Of a DNA stretch of 64,000 nucleotides, positions 50,464 through 63,559 are shown piece after piece. The notes under the pieces are model-generated. The model saw only the letters and a list, made by a program, of their open reading frames with translations, was not told the DNA's origin and made no database searches. This DNA comes from Myxococcota bacterium (lineage in GTDB: Bacteria > Myxococcota_A > UBA9042 > PHBI01 > JAWLBL01), in assembly GCA_041687695.1 (NCBI GenBank), contig JAWLBL010000005.1:256799-320798 (forward strand), read 5' to 3'. Within the stretch, counting starts at the first letter, position 1; the number at the start of each line of letters is the position of its first letter. The translations under genes were made by a program, and so were the position numbers.

Positions 50464-50901
50464 ATGTTCGGCCTCGGCACCTGGGAAGTCCTCCTCATCC
50501 TCGTGGTGGCGCTCGTCTTCCTCGGGCCCCAGAAGCTGCCGGAGATCGCCAAGTCCCTGGGCAAGGGCGTGCGCCAGATGCGCCAGGCCATGGACGGCCT
50601 CGACCGCGAGGTGCGTGACGCTGGGCGCTACGAGCCCCCCGCCAGCGACGGCCGCCCGCCCCAGGTCGAGGCGTCCCCCGAAGAGGACGTCGCCATGCAC
50701 GCCGCCGCGGGCGACGTCATGCGCGACGCCCACCGGCCGCCGCAGGCGGGCCCCGACGACCTGCCGGGCGGTCGGCTCGACGGGCGCGCGCGCGCTCAGG
50801 CCACCGCCGCGCAGGCCAGCCGCCCGACGGCCGCCGCCTCGACCGCGACGCCGGCCGCCGCCGCGCGGGCCACCCAGCCGGACGAGGGCCAGGACGCGTG
50901 A
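50464..50901 (+). CDS. tatB: Twin-arginine translocase TatA/B subunit (TatB-like)
   Basis: MFGLGTWEVLLILVVALVFLGPQKLPEIAKSLGK; long tail; directly precedes tatC. Confidence 0.85.
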   Translation: MFGLGTWEVLLILVVALVFLGPQKLPEIAKSLGKGVRQMRQAMDGLDREVRDAGRYEPPASDGRPPQVEASPEEDVAMHAAAGDVMRDAHRPPQAGPDDLPGGRLDGRARAQATAAQASRPTAAASTATPAAAARATQPDEGQDA

Positions 50902-52673
50902 GCGAGCCGGCGGTCATGACGTTCCGCGAGCACCTGGGCGAGCTCCGGACGCGCCTGGTCCGCATCGCCCTGGTCGTGATGGTCGGCTTCTTCGTCGGCT
51001 GGGAGTTCCGCGAGGCCATCTTCGGCTTCCTGTCGGCCCCGGTCACCGAGGCCCTCGCCGACAACGGCATCTACCGCTACCAGGCCATCACCATCACCGA
51101 GAGCATCGTCGTCTACCTCAAGGCGGTGCTGGTCGCGACGCTGCTGGTGACGAGCCCCTTCGTCTTCTACCAGCTGTGGGCCTTCGTCGCGCCCGGCCTG
51201 CTCGACCGCGAGCGGCGCTTCATCCTGCCGGTCACGGCCTTCAGCGTCGTCTTCTTCTTCATCGGTTCGGCCTTCTCCTACCAGGTCATCCTGCCGTTCA
51301 TCGTCGACTGGCTGGTCAAGCTCACGCAGGAGGGCGGCGGCGTCGAGATGCAGGTGACCCTGCAGAACGCCTTTTCGACCTCGTTCACCTTCCTGGCGAT
51401 GTTCGGCCTCGTCTTCGAGCTGCCCCTGGTCATCTTCTTCATGAGCCTCATGGGGACGGTCACCCACACCGGGCTGCTCAAGTTCTGGCGCTACTTCGTC
51501 GTCATCAGCTTCATCGTCTCGGGCATCCTGACGCCGCCCGACCCCATCAGCCAGACCCTGATGGCCGTCCCGCTCAACGCCCTGTACGGCCTGGGCATCC
51601 TGGTCGCCTGGGCGGTCACGCGCGCCCGCGGCGACGGGACGGGCGACGAACCCAGCCGCACCGACGTCGGCCTGTCCAGCCTCAAGCTGATGGGCGGCGC
51701 CCTGGTGCTGGTCGCGCTGGCGGCCAGCCTGGTCGTGGTCTTCATCCGGACGCTGCCCGCGCCAGAGCTGAGCGCCATGGTGCCCCAGCGGGCCGCCTGG
51801 GTGGTAGGCCTCAACCCCGCGGTGCTGGCCGAGGCGCCCAACGCGGCCGGCGGAAAGGCCATCGCCTCGCTGTCGGCGGTGCTGGAGGACGCCGGCGTCG
51901 ACGTCCCCATCCACGACGGGCTGGTCGTCGGCCTGCCCGACGGCCGCCGCGCGACCCTGCTGCGCGCCGAGGGCCTGGGCGCGCGGCTGGACGGCCTGTC
52001 GACGGCGCTGGCGGCGTCGGCCCGGGACGCGGCCCTCGTCGCGCGCGGCCTGGACCCGGACACGGTCGTGCTCGGAGACGCCGAGCTGGTCACCGCCGTC
52101 GAGCAGGCCGCCCAGGGCACGGAAGCGCTGGCCACGACCCGCGACGAGCAGCGGCTGCTCGACCGCCTGCGGGTCAGCGGCCCCGTCTGGGCCTGGGTGC
52201 CCGCCGGGGGCGGCCACGCCGAGGCGCTGGTCGGGCGTGACATGGCCGCGGACCTGGCCGCGGTCGGCGCCTTCGTGGCGCTCGGCGACACCCCGCGGAT
52301 CACGGTCGAGCTGCGCGCCAGCGACCGCAAACGCGCCGACGCCCTCGAGACCCACCTGGAGACCGCCCGCAACGCCCAGCGCGACGCCCGCGAGCGCGGC
52401 AAGAACGCCCGGCTCGCGGCGGCCATCCTGCAGCTGACCGCCGAGCTCAAGCGCTCGGCCGCCCCCGACGCCCAGCAGCGCCTGGCCCTGCTCGAGGCCG
52501 AGCTGGCCGACCTGGCGCCGTCCCAGAGCTCGACCCGCGCCCCGCTGGTCGCCCACCTGGGCGCCCACGCCGAGGCGCTGGCCGTTCGCCGCCAGGACAC
52601 CGTCCTCACCCTGACCGCGCAGCTGGACGACGAGGCCCTCGAGACGCTCCTGGCGCCCCTGCTGGCCCGCTGA
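50898..52673 (+). CDS. tatC: TatC with a C-terminal extension of roughly 330 aa
   Basis: MTFREHLGELRTRL, YQLWAFVAPGL, FGLVFELP, LTPPDPISQ; then an extra TM and a soluble domain. Confidence 0.93.
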   Translation: MSEPAVMTFREHLGELRTRLVRIALVVMVGFFVGWEFREAIFGFLSAPVTEALADNGIYRYQAITITESIVVYLKAVLVATLLVTSPFVFYQLWAFVAPGLLDRERRFILPVTAFSVVFFFIGSAFSYQVILPFIVDWLVKLTQEGGGVEMQVTLQNAFSTSFTFLAMFGLVFELPLVIFFMSLMGTVTHTGLLKFWRYFVVISFIVSGILTPPDPISQTLMAVPLNALYGLGILVAWAVTRARGDGTGDEPSRTDVGLSSLKLMGGALVLVALAASLVVVFIRTLPAPELSAMVPQRAAWVVGLNPAVLAEAPNAAGGKAIASLSAVLEDAGVDVPIHDGLVVGLPDGRRATLLRAEGLGARLDGLSTALAASARDAALVARGLDPDTVVLGDAELVTAVEQAAQGTEALATTRDEQRLLDRLRVSGPVWAWVPAGGGHAEALVGRDMAADLAAVGAFVALGDTPRITVELRASDRKRADALETHLETARNAQRDARERGKNARLAAAILQLTAELKRSAAPDAQQRLALLEAELADLAPSQSSTRAPLVAHLGAHAEALAVRRQDTVLTLTAQLDDEALETLLAPLLAR

Positions 52674-52683
52674 GGTCCGCCCG

Positions 52684-53430
52684 GTGCCCCGCGTCACCTT
52701 CCTGGGCACCGGCCACGCGACCGCGGCCGACCGCCCGACGACCAGCCTGCTCTACCAGGGCGCCCGCACCCTGCTGCTCGACTGCGGCTACAGCGTCCCG
52801 CGCGCTCTGTGGGCCGTCACGCGCGACCCCGACGCCCTCGACGCGGTCTTCGTCTCGCACCTGCACGCCGACCACACCTTCGGGCTGCCGAACGTCCTGC
52901 TGGCGATGCGCAACGGCGGCCGCCGACGCCCGCTGACCGTCTTCGGCGGCCCCGGGGTCGCGCCCTGGCTCGAGCGCCTGCTCGATCTGGCCTACCCGGG
53001 GTCGTTCCACCCCAGCAAGTGCTTCCCCATCGTCCCCACACCGCTGGCCGAGACGGCGCCGACGCCCTTCGGCCCGCTGACCCTCCGCGCCGCCCGCAGC
53101 GATCACAAGGTCCACAACCTGGCGCTGCGCGTGGACGACGGCGCAACCGCCGTGTGCTTCAGCGGCGACGGCGGCCCGACCCAGGCGACCCGCGCGCTCT
53201 ACCAGGGCGCCACCCTGCTGGTCCACGAGGCCTACCACGACGCCCGGGACGTCCCGGGCCACGCCCGCGCCGACCAGCTGCTGCCCATGGCCGCCAGCCT
53301 CGGCGTCCAGCGGCTCGCCCTGGTCCACGTCGCCGACGAGGCCCTGCCCGCGGTCGCCGCGCGCGCCGCCGCCTGGCCGGGCCCTGGTCGCGTCTGGTTG
53401 CCCTCGGCCGGCGAGTCGGTCGACGTCTGA
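52684..53430 (+). CDS. MBL-fold metallohydrolase (RNase Z/BN-like)
   Basis: FLGTG, LLDCG, SHLHADH, FSGDG, LVHEA, GHA, LVH. Confidence 0.88.
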   Translation: MPRVTFLGTGHATAADRPTTSLLYQGARTLLLDCGYSVPRALWAVTRDPDALDAVFVSHLHADHTFGLPNVLLAMRNGGRRRPLTVFGGPGVAPWLERLLDLAYPGSFHPSKCFPIVPTPLAETAPTPFGPLTLRAARSDHKVHNLALRVDDGATAVCFSGDGGPTQATRALYQGATLLVHEAYHDARDVPGHARADQLLPMAASLGVQRLALVHVADEALPAVAARAAAWPGPGRVWLPSAGESVDV

Positions 53431-53592
53431 CCCCACCCGCCCGAGCCTTCTTTCCCCGCTGACCCGCGCCGACGCTGACCGAGACGGCCGCGGACTCGAC
53501 AGTCCCCACCGCTCGGGTCCAGGGTCCCCGATCTAGCGCTCGCGGGACCGGCCGACGCCCGCAAGTCCGCGAACCCGCGTCGCGCCCGCCCT

Positions 53593-53607
53593 CGGCACGG
53601 CCTTTGC
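53593..53607 (+). promoter_or_regulatory. Probable sigma-54 promoter
   Basis: CGGCAC-GGCCT-TTGC with GG-N10-GC spacing, 40 bp before the ATG at 53647. Confidence 0.55.
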
Positions 53608-53646
53608 GATGGCCCCGACCCGTCACCACGGCGGGAGGGAGACGCG

Positions 53647-54507
53647 ATGGGCGGGACCACGGCAGTCGCAGCGAAGAAGACCAGCGCACAGCAGGCCGCG
53701 CAGGAGCCGGCGCGGCCACAGGCCAAAGCCGCCAGCGGCGGCAAAGGTGCGCCCTTTGCCAAGGGCCGAGCCGCGCTGGAACCCGGCCGGCAGCCCGGCT
53801 ACGACCAGCAGCTGAAGAGCCTGATGCCTGCGCCCCGTAAGGGCGAGCCGATCACGGCGACCACCTCGTCACCCGGCGAGATCAGCTTCCTGGGCACGAA
53901 CACGGCCCGTCATGGCCGCGATCCCGACCCGACCCAGCCCGAGGCCGACTACACCGACACGACCTTCCGGCCGGTGACCTCCGCGACCCAGCCGGGCGAC
54001 AACCTGGACCTCGACGAGCACTTCCCGCCGGGCGGCACGGTCGAGGTCGTCACGGGGCCGGGCGCGACCCGACGGATGCCCTCCGAGGAGGCGCGGCCGA
54101 AGTCGGGACAGACGACCGTGCTGCGCCTGCCCACCGGCGAGTACCACATGGTCGCCGACCGCGGCTCCTCGGCCGGCAAGGCGACCTGGTGGCCCGAGCC
54201 CATCACCCGGGCCGAGGTCCGCAAGCTGCACCCCGACAGCTCCGAGCGCTTCATCACGGCCATGGTCGACACGAACGTGGCCATGAACGCCTACCTCGTC
54301 AAGCGTGCGCTGGCGGGCGTTCGGCCCGGTCTGGCCGCGAACGAGTTCAGCGCCCTGGCGCGCTGGAAGCTCATCAATATGCTGACCGTCACGGCCCTCG
54401 AGATCGGCGGCGCCCACGCCTTCGAAGATCCCACCGACCTCAGCACGTACGTCGGGATGGCCGACTACGCGCTCGAGAACCTCCGCACCCACGCGAGGCT
54501 CCGATGA
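53647..54507 (+). CDS. Hypothetical protein
   Basis: GGAG RBS; low-complexity N-terminus and helical C-terminus; ATGA coupling to the next gene. Confidence 0.75.
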   Translation: MGGTTAVAAKKTSAQQAAQEPARPQAKAASGGKGAPFAKGRAALEPGRQPGYDQQLKSLMPAPRKGEPITATTSSPGEISFLGTNTARHGRDPDPTQPEADYTDTTFRPVTSATQPGDNLDLDEHFPPGGTVEVVTGPGATRRMPSEEARPKSGQTTVLRLPTGEYHMVADRGSSAGKATWWPEPITRAEVRKLHPDSSERFITAMVDTNVAMNAYLVKRALAGVRPGLAANEFSALARWKLINMLTVTALEIGGAHAFEDPTDLSTYVGMADYALENLRTHARLR

Positions 54508-55337
54508 AGCACCGGCTGGCCCTCTCCCTCCTCGTCGCGACCTGCTTCGGCGCCGCCTGCCAGGACAAGGCGACCGCGCCGGCGACGCCCCCGCCCGAGG
54601 TCCACTTCACCACGGAGGCCGAGTTCGTCGCCCACGTCGACGACGGGCGCACCTCCGAGGCCCGCGTCCTGGTCGGCCCGGACGGCGTAGCCAACGACTG
54701 GGGCGCCGCCCCACGGCCGTTCGCCTACGGCGACCTGAGCGAGCGGCTGATCATCCCCGAGCTGAAGGAAGCGCTGGCGCGAAGGACCTTCGTCCGGGTC
54801 TCCAAGAGCGGCGGCTTCAAGCTGAAGCTGGGCGAGGTCGAGGTCGCGCCGGAGGTCCCCTTCCTGAAGGTCGCCGCGGCGGCAGCGACCCTGGGCGACA
54901 CGGGGCACAACTACCTGCGCCTGAGCGGGGTGGCGCGCCACCTACCGAAGGATGGACGCCTCCTGGTCGCCCTGGCCGAGCCCGAGCCCGCCGCCGTCGT
55001 GGTCATCGTCGACCGCTTCGCGGTGCGCGTGCGGGGTGGGGGCTCCGACGCCAGGGTCCGCCTGGGCGACGACACCGCGTGGGGCTTCGATCGCCCCGCG
55101 CTCCAGGCCCTGTTGGCGTCGGCGGTGGGCCAAGACGGTGCCAGTCGCTCCCTGACGGTCGCGGCGACGCCCGACGCCCCCTGGGAGTCCGTCGCAGCGG
55201 TCCTGGGGGTCGCCCGCTACCGCCTGGACCTGCCCAAGCTGGCCAGCGAGCGCGAGTACGACGCGGCCCTCGAGGCCAGGCCGGCCTCCCAGCGCGCCCC
55301 GCTCTTCGAGCGCTTCCAGCTCTCGCTCGTCGAATGA
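54504..55337 (+). CDS. Hypothetical lipoprotein with an ExbD-like C-terminal segment
   Basis: Lipobox GAAC; SLTVAATPDAPWESVAAVLGVAR resembles the ExbD/TolR periplasmic motif. Confidence 0.65.
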   Translation: MKHRLALSLLVATCFGAACQDKATAPATPPPEVHFTTEAEFVAHVDDGRTSEARVLVGPDGVANDWGAAPRPFAYGDLSERLIIPELKEALARRTFVRVSKSGGFKLKLGEVEVAPEVPFLKVAAAAATLGDTGHNYLRLSGVARHLPKDGRLLVALAEPEPAAVVVIVDRFAVRVRGGGSDARVRLGDDTAWGFDRPALQALLASAVGQDGASRSLTVAATPDAPWESVAAVLGVARYRLDLPKLASEREYDAALEARPASQRAPLFERFQLSLVE

Positions 55338-55432
55338 GCCCGCCGCGCCGAGCGCGCCCGGGGCCGCATGTTGGCGGAGGACATGGGGGTCACTACCATG
55401 GGGACCGTACCTCAGCGCTCCCAGGAGCCCCC

Positions 55433-56002
55433 ATGGCCACCGACAGCCCCTCGCCGCCCGAGCCCACGCGCAAGCTGACCTATGCCGACTACGCGGCCCT
55501 CCCCGACGACGGGAACGTCCACCAGCTCATCGAGGGAGTGCTGTACGTGACCCCGGCCCCCATCCTGCGCCACCAACGCATCTCGCGACGCCTTCAGCTG
55601 CCTCTGATGCACGCCATCGAGCTCACCGGCCTCGGTGAAGTCATCGATGCGCCGATGGACGTCATCTTCAGCGACGATTCGGTCGTGCAGCCTGACATCG
55701 CGGTGGTGTCGACGCAGCGCTCCGAGATCCTGGACCGCTGGATTCGCGGCGCGCCGGATCTGGTCATAGAGGTCCTGTCGCCCTCGACCCGCCGCATCGA
55801 CGCACGCCTCAAGCGAGACCTCTACGCGGGCTACGGCGTGCCGCGCTACTGGATCGCGGATCCCGAGACCGATCGCATCGATCTATATGTGCTCGAGGAC
55901 GGCGCCTACCGCCTCGACCGGTCGGCCGAGGCCCCAGGGACGCTGACCGTCGAGGTCCTGGGCGTCCCGGTCACCTTCGACCTGACCTTCGCCTTCGCCT
56001 GA
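55433..56002 (+). CDS. Uma2-family PD-(D/E)xK endonuclease-like protein
   Basis: AGGAG RBS; LTYADYAALP, LIEGVL, HQRI, QPDIAV, PDLVIEVLSPST, KRDLYA, YWIADP. Confidence 0.93.
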   Translation: MATDSPSPPEPTRKLTYADYAALPDDGNVHQLIEGVLYVTPAPILRHQRISRRLQLPLMHAIELTGLGEVIDAPMDVIFSDDSVVQPDIAVVSTQRSEILDRWIRGAPDLVIEVLSPSTRRIDARLKRDLYAGYGVPRYWIADPETDRIDLYVLEDGAYRLDRSAEAPGTLTVEVLGVPVTFDLTFAFA

Positions 56003-56020
56003 GCGCCCACGCGGGGCGCC

Positions 56021-57689
<1,669 letters not shown>

Positions 57690-57697
<8 letters not shown>

Positions 57698-58216
57698 CGC
57701 CGATCTCCACCAGGACCACGCCCGCCTCGACCGACTGCCCGGCCGCGACGTTCACCGCGGTGACCACGCCGTCGCGCGGCGCCTTCACCTCGTTCTCCAT
57801 CTTCATCGCCTCGATGATGAGCAGCGGCTGCCCCGTGGCCACCGCCTCACCCACCTCGACGTTCACCTTCACGACGCGCCCCGGCATCGACACGGTCACG
57901 CGCCCCTCGCCGGCGCCCGCCGCGCCGCCGCCCAGCCAGGCGTCCCGCTCGGCGATGGCGCGCACGTCCACGCGCCGCTCGCCCATGGTGACGCTGCGCA
58001 CGTCCTGGAGCCCGCGGAGCACGCGCCCATCGAGCACCCGGCCGTCCGGCATCACGGCCTGATAGCCGCCGCCCTCGCGCGTCAGCCGCTCGAAGCTCAC
58101 CTCGCGCGGGTCCTCGCCCTCGACCTCGATGCGCGCCGTCACCCGCGCCCCGTCGCGCGCCACCAGCTCGACGGTCGCCTCGCGCCCGTCCACCCACGTC
58201 ACGTACCGCGCGCCCA

Positions 58217-58217
<1 letters not shown>
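57690..58217 (-). CDS. accB: Biotin carboxyl carrier protein
   Basis: SMPGRVV...IEAMKMENE biotinylation motif. Confidence 0.93.
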
Positions 58218-59734
<1,517 letters not shown>

Positions 59735-59776
59735 CTCCAGGGAGGCGGCCGGTTTACCCCAGATGCGCCGCGGGGT

Positions 59777-60949
59777 TCAAGGATCGTGCGGCCCCCCGGC
59801 CGCCGCTTCGCCCTCCCCGGGCTCGGGCGGCGTCAGCGGCTCGCCCTCGGCCGTGATGGCGAAGGTCCGCGGGCTGGTCCACACGCCGCCGTCCTCGCCG
59901 CCGGTGAGCCAGAAGACCATCCCGTCCCGCGCCGCGACGGCGGCGGTGCCCGGTCCCGGCGCCGTGAGCGCCGCCGTGCCCCCGCCGCCCTTGGGCACCC
60001 GCGCGGCGTAGGGCGCCTCGTCGCCGCCGGCGATCGCCAGGAACAGGCTGGCCGAGTCGTGCGCCAGCCGCCCACCCGGCACGCGGCCGGTCGCCAGCGT
60101 CCGCGGCGCCCCTCCCGCGCGCGGGACCTCGTCCACCCCGTTCGAGTGCAGGACGTAGACGTGGGTGGGGTCGGCGGCCACGGCCGACCCCTCGGCCCGC
60201 CACGCGCCCGTCGCCAGCGCGTGGGCGCCGCCCCCCGCCAGGGACAGCTCCCAGAGGGTCGCCGGCCCGCCAGCCTCGGCCTGGTGCACGCCCCACGCGT
60301 GCTCGCCCAGGGCGACCGCCGCCCCGGCGACCCCGCCCCGCGGCCCGCCCAGCGGCGTCGCGGCGCCGCCGGTCTTGGCGACCCGCAGCCACGGCGCCTG
60401 CCCCTCGGCCGCGACGGTCACGACCAGCTGGGCCCCGGTCGCGTCGAGCCCGACCACGCGCCCATCGAGCTGCGTCAGCGTCGCCGGCCCGCCCGGCTCG
60501 GGCCGCAGCGGCCGGTCGATGGCGCGGATCAGGGCCGCCTCGCCGTCCTGCCGCACCCAGTACAGCTTGTCGTCGTCGACCGCCAGCCGCGTCACGCCCG
60601 GCTCGTCGACGGCCAGGACGTCCACCGCGCCGGTCCGCAGATCCAGCCGCACCACGCGGCCGCCGTCGCGCTGGTCGGCCACGTAGACGGCGCGCCCGTC
60701 GGTCGCCAGGTCGGCCGGTCGCGTCAGCCCGCCCAGCAGCCGGACGGTCGGCGGGCCGGCGGGGCGCTCGGGCCGCGGGCGCTCCCGGTCCGGCGCGCCC
60801 TCGGCGGGCAGCTCGGACGCTCCTCGCTGGGTGGCGTGGGCGGCGGGCGCGGCGGCGGGCGCGTCGGACGGCGGCCGCTGACGCCCGCAGGCCGAGGTGA
60901 GCGCCGCGGCGACGAGCAGGCCGGTCGCGAGGACGAGCGGACGGATCAT
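59777..60949 (-). CDS. Beta-propeller lipoprotein
   Basis: Lipobox TSAC; blades LATDGRAVYVA, LAVDDDKLYWV, VAADPTHVYV, LAHDSASLFL, AARDGMVFWL. Confidence 0.75.
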   Translation of the reverse strand: MIRPLVLATGLLVAAALTSACGRQRPPSDAPAAAPAAHATQRGASELPAEGAPDRERPRPERPAGPPTVRLLGGLTRPADLATDGRAVYVADQRDGGRVVRLDLRTGAVDVLAVDEPGVTRLAVDDDKLYWVRQDGEAALIRAIDRPLRPEPGGPATLTQLDGRVVGLDATGAQLVVTVAAEGQAPWLRVAKTGGAATPLGGPRGGVAGAAVALGEHAWGVHQAEAGGPATLWELSLAGGGAHALATGAWRAEGSAVAADPTHVYVLHSNGVDEVPRAGGAPRTLATGRVPGGRLAHDSASLFLAIAGGDEAPYAARVPKGGGGTAALTAPGPGTAAVAARDGMVFWLTGGEDGGVWTSPRTFAITAEGEPLTPPEPGEGEAAAGGPHDP

Positions 60950-61063
60950 GACGGGCGCTCCGGCGGCGGGGACGGGTTTCGGAGTCGGGTCGGGACTTTC
61001 GGGGGCCCTTGAGACCTAAGAACCCATCGCGAGGCCGGCAACGCGACCGGCCGCCCGCGACCC

Positions 61064-61078
61064 TGGCGCGAGGATTGC
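61064..61078 (+). promoter_or_regulatory. Probable sigma-54 promoter
   Basis: TGGCGC-GAGGA-TTGC with GG-N10-GC spacing, upstream of the DsbA gene. Confidence 0.55.
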
Positions 61079-61153
61079 GCCGCCTGCCTCGCTGGCTTAC
61101 CGTCCGCCCCGCTCGCGCGACCGCTCGCGAGCCCCTTGCCGTGGAGGCCCCCG

Positions 61154-63154
61154 ATGACGATGCACCGACCGACCCTCATCGCCTCGCTGCTGCCCCTCGT
61201 GCTGCTCGGCGCGCTGTCGGGCTGCCGCGGCGACGCCGGCGCCCCGGTCCTCGAGTCCACGACCGCCGCGGCCGTCGCCATCGACGGCGACGATCCCACC
61301 GTGGTCGCGGCCGACGCCGTCTCGACGCCCGCCCGTGGCGCGCGCTCGCCCCTGGTCGTGGTCACGGTGTTCGAGGACCTCCAGTGCCCCTACTGCCGCT
61401 CGGTCGACCCGCTGATCGAGCGCCTGGTCGAGGCCTGGCCGGACGAGGTGCAGGTCCAGTTCCGCCACCTGCCGCTGGGCTTCCACGAGCGCGCCCGCAC
61501 CGCCGCCCACGCCACCATGGCCGCCCACCGGCAGGGCCGCTTCTGGCCCTACACGCGCCTGCTGTTCGCCGAGCAGGCCGCGTGGTCGCGCGGCGCCGAC
61601 GACACCGACTTCAAGCAGCAGCTGCTGGGCTACGCCGAGCGGCTCAAGCTGGACCTCGCCCGCTTCCAGCAGGACATGGCCGACCCGCGCGTCGCCGACA
61701 AGGTCTCGCAGGACTTCGCCAAGGCCCAGGAGCTGCAGGTCCGCGGCACCCCGACCATCGCGGTCAACGGCCGCGTCATCCAGCACCGCCGCCGCGTCGA
61801 CGAGACCCTGCGGGTCATCGACGAGGAGATCCGCATCGGCCAGAAGCTGGTCCGCGACGGCCTGCCCCGCGCCTCGGTGGCCACGGTCCGCGCCAAGGCC
61901 AACGCCCGCAACCCGCAGTCGGTCGCCTGGCTCGTCGAGGACCGCGACGTCGACGCCGCCCGGGTCAAGCAGGCCAACGCCGCCGGCGCGGCCAGCCGCC
62001 GCCCCGACGTGACCGAAGAGGTCTGGGCCGCCACGGTGCGCGCCGACGACCCGGTCAAGGGCGGCAAGGACACGGCGCTGGTGACCCTGGTGGTCTTCAG
62101 CGAGTTCCAGTGCCCGTTCTGCGCGCGCATCAACCCGACCATCGAGGGCCTGCTGGCCAAGTACGGCGACGACCTCCGCGTCGTCTTCAAGCACCTGCCC
62201 CTGCCCTTCCACAAGGAGGCGCGCCCCGCGGCCGAGGCCTCGCTCTGCGCCCACGAGCAGGGCCAGTTCTGGGCGTTCCACGACAAGCTCTTCGCCAACC
62301 AGCGCGCGCTCGGGCCGGACGACCTGGCCGAAGCCGCGCGCGCGGTCGGCCTCGACATGGCCAAGTACGACGAGTGCCTGCGGTCGGGGCGCACCCGCGC
62401 GCGGGTCGACGAGGACATGGCCCTGGCCGAGGAGGTCGGCGCCCGCGGCACCCCCAACGTCTTCATCAACGGCCGCAAGTCGACCGGCGCCAAGCCCCAG
62501 GCCGACCTCGAGGCCATCATCGACGTCGAGCTCGACAAGGCCCGCCCGATGGCCGCCGAGCACGGCCGAGGCGACGGGCTCTACGCGGTCCTCATGAACC
62601 GCGCCAAGCGGCAGACCGCGCTCGCCGAGGACATCGTCACGCTCGATCTGGCCGGCGCCCCACGCCTCGGACGCGAGGACGCGCCCGTGAAGTTCACCGT
62701 CTTCAGCGACTTCGAGTGCCCCTTCTGCGGGCGCGTCGGCGGGCCGCTGCACAAGCTGGTCGAGCACCGCCCCAACGACGTGGCGGTCTACTTCAAGCAC
62801 TTCCCGCTGAGCTTCCACAAGCGCGCCGAGCCCGCCGCCCGCGCCGCCGTGTGCGCCCAGGCCCAGGGCCGCTTCTGGCCGTTCCACGATCGCCTCTTCG
62901 CCAACCAGCAGGCGCTGACCGACGCCGATCTCCTGGCCCACGCCAAGGCCGCCGGCGTCGACCAGGCCGCCTTCACGGCCTGCCTCTCGGCCCCCGAGAC
63001 CGCCGCCCGCGTCCGCGCCGACTTCGAAGAGGGCAGCCGCGTCGGGGTCGACGGCACCCCGACCCTGTTCGTCAACGGCCGCAAGTACGACGCCTCCCTC
63101 GGCTACGACGGCCCGGGGCTGTCGCGCCTCGTCGACAAGCTGGTCCCACGCTGA
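61154..63154 (+). CDS. Lipoprotein with three DsbA/thioredoxin domains
   Basis: GGAGG RBS; lipobox LSGC; CPYC, CPFC, CPFC, each followed by an HxPLxFH motif and a cis-Pro GTP loop. Confidence 0.93.
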   Translation: MTMHRPTLIASLLPLVLLGALSGCRGDAGAPVLESTTAAAVAIDGDDPTVVAADAVSTPARGARSPLVVVTVFEDLQCPYCRSVDPLIERLVEAWPDEVQVQFRHLPLGFHERARTAAHATMAAHRQGRFWPYTRLLFAEQAAWSRGADDTDFKQQLLGYAERLKLDLARFQQDMADPRVADKVSQDFAKAQELQVRGTPTIAVNGRVIQHRRRVDETLRVIDEEIRIGQKLVRDGLPRASVATVRAKANARNPQSVAWLVEDRDVDAARVKQANAAGAASRRPDVTEEVWAATVRADDPVKGGKDTALVTLVVFSEFQCPFCARINPTIEGLLAKYGDDLRVVFKHLPLPFHKEARPAAEASLCAHEQGQFWAFHDKLFANQRALGPDDLAEAARAVGLDMAKYDECLRSGRTRARVDEDMALAEEVGARGTPNVFINGRKSTGAKPQADLEAIIDVELDKARPMAAEHGRGDGLYAVLMNRAKRQTALAEDIVTLDLAGAPRLGREDAPVKFTVFSDFECPFCGRVGGPLHKLVEHRPNDVAVYFKHFPLSFHKRAEPAARAAVCAQAQGRFWPFHDRLFANQQALTDADLLAHAKAAGVDQAAFTACLSAPETAARVRADFEEGSRVGVDGTPTLFVNGRKYDASLGYDGPGLSRLVDKLVPR

Positions 63155-63403
63155 GGCACCGAGGGCGCGCGCCGCGCCCCTGGGCCATGGCGCGCAATCC
63201 CTTGAAAATCCAAAGCAGCTGGTGTACCTTCTCCCTCGTGTGCCGGTCCCTCCCGGACCGGCGCCGACCCTCGCGCCGCCCGGCCGCTCCGGGCGTCGTA
63301 GACGACCCCGTCGCGGGCCCTTCGCCCCCGGCCAACGGTCGCAGGCCTTCGGTGACCTCCCGTCGCCGCGGGTCACGTTCAACCCACTGGAGTTTGTTCG
63401 GTC

Positions 63404-63515
63404 ATGAACGACGGCGATAGCAGCAGTTATCCGCCAAGTACGTCGCCGTAGCAGCCTTCGAGCGCCCCACCTTCCGCCAGGGAGGCCTCGGGAAGCGCGC
63501 TGAGGGCGACTACGG
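63404..63515 (+). promoter_or_regulatory. Possible leader: 15-codon uORF plus long hairpin
   Basis: GGAG at 63389; uORF MNDGDSSSYPPSTSP* (63404-63451); stem CCGTAG/CTACGG, GCCTTC/GAGGGC, AGCGC/GCGCT spanning 63446-63515. Confidence 0.4.
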
Positions 63516-63559
63516 TGCCCCAACAGCGCAAAACCCGAGAGATCCCCCGGAGGTGGCCC

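Noticed and set aside
55433..56002. Uma2 as a restriction or defence system
   Set aside because: No methylase or partner gene nearby; solitary Uma2 paralogs are common in such genomes.
63446..63515. SRP RNA or M-box riboswitch
   Set aside because: I could not find the SRP domain IV loop motif or the M-box conserved core; kept only as an unassigned hairpin.
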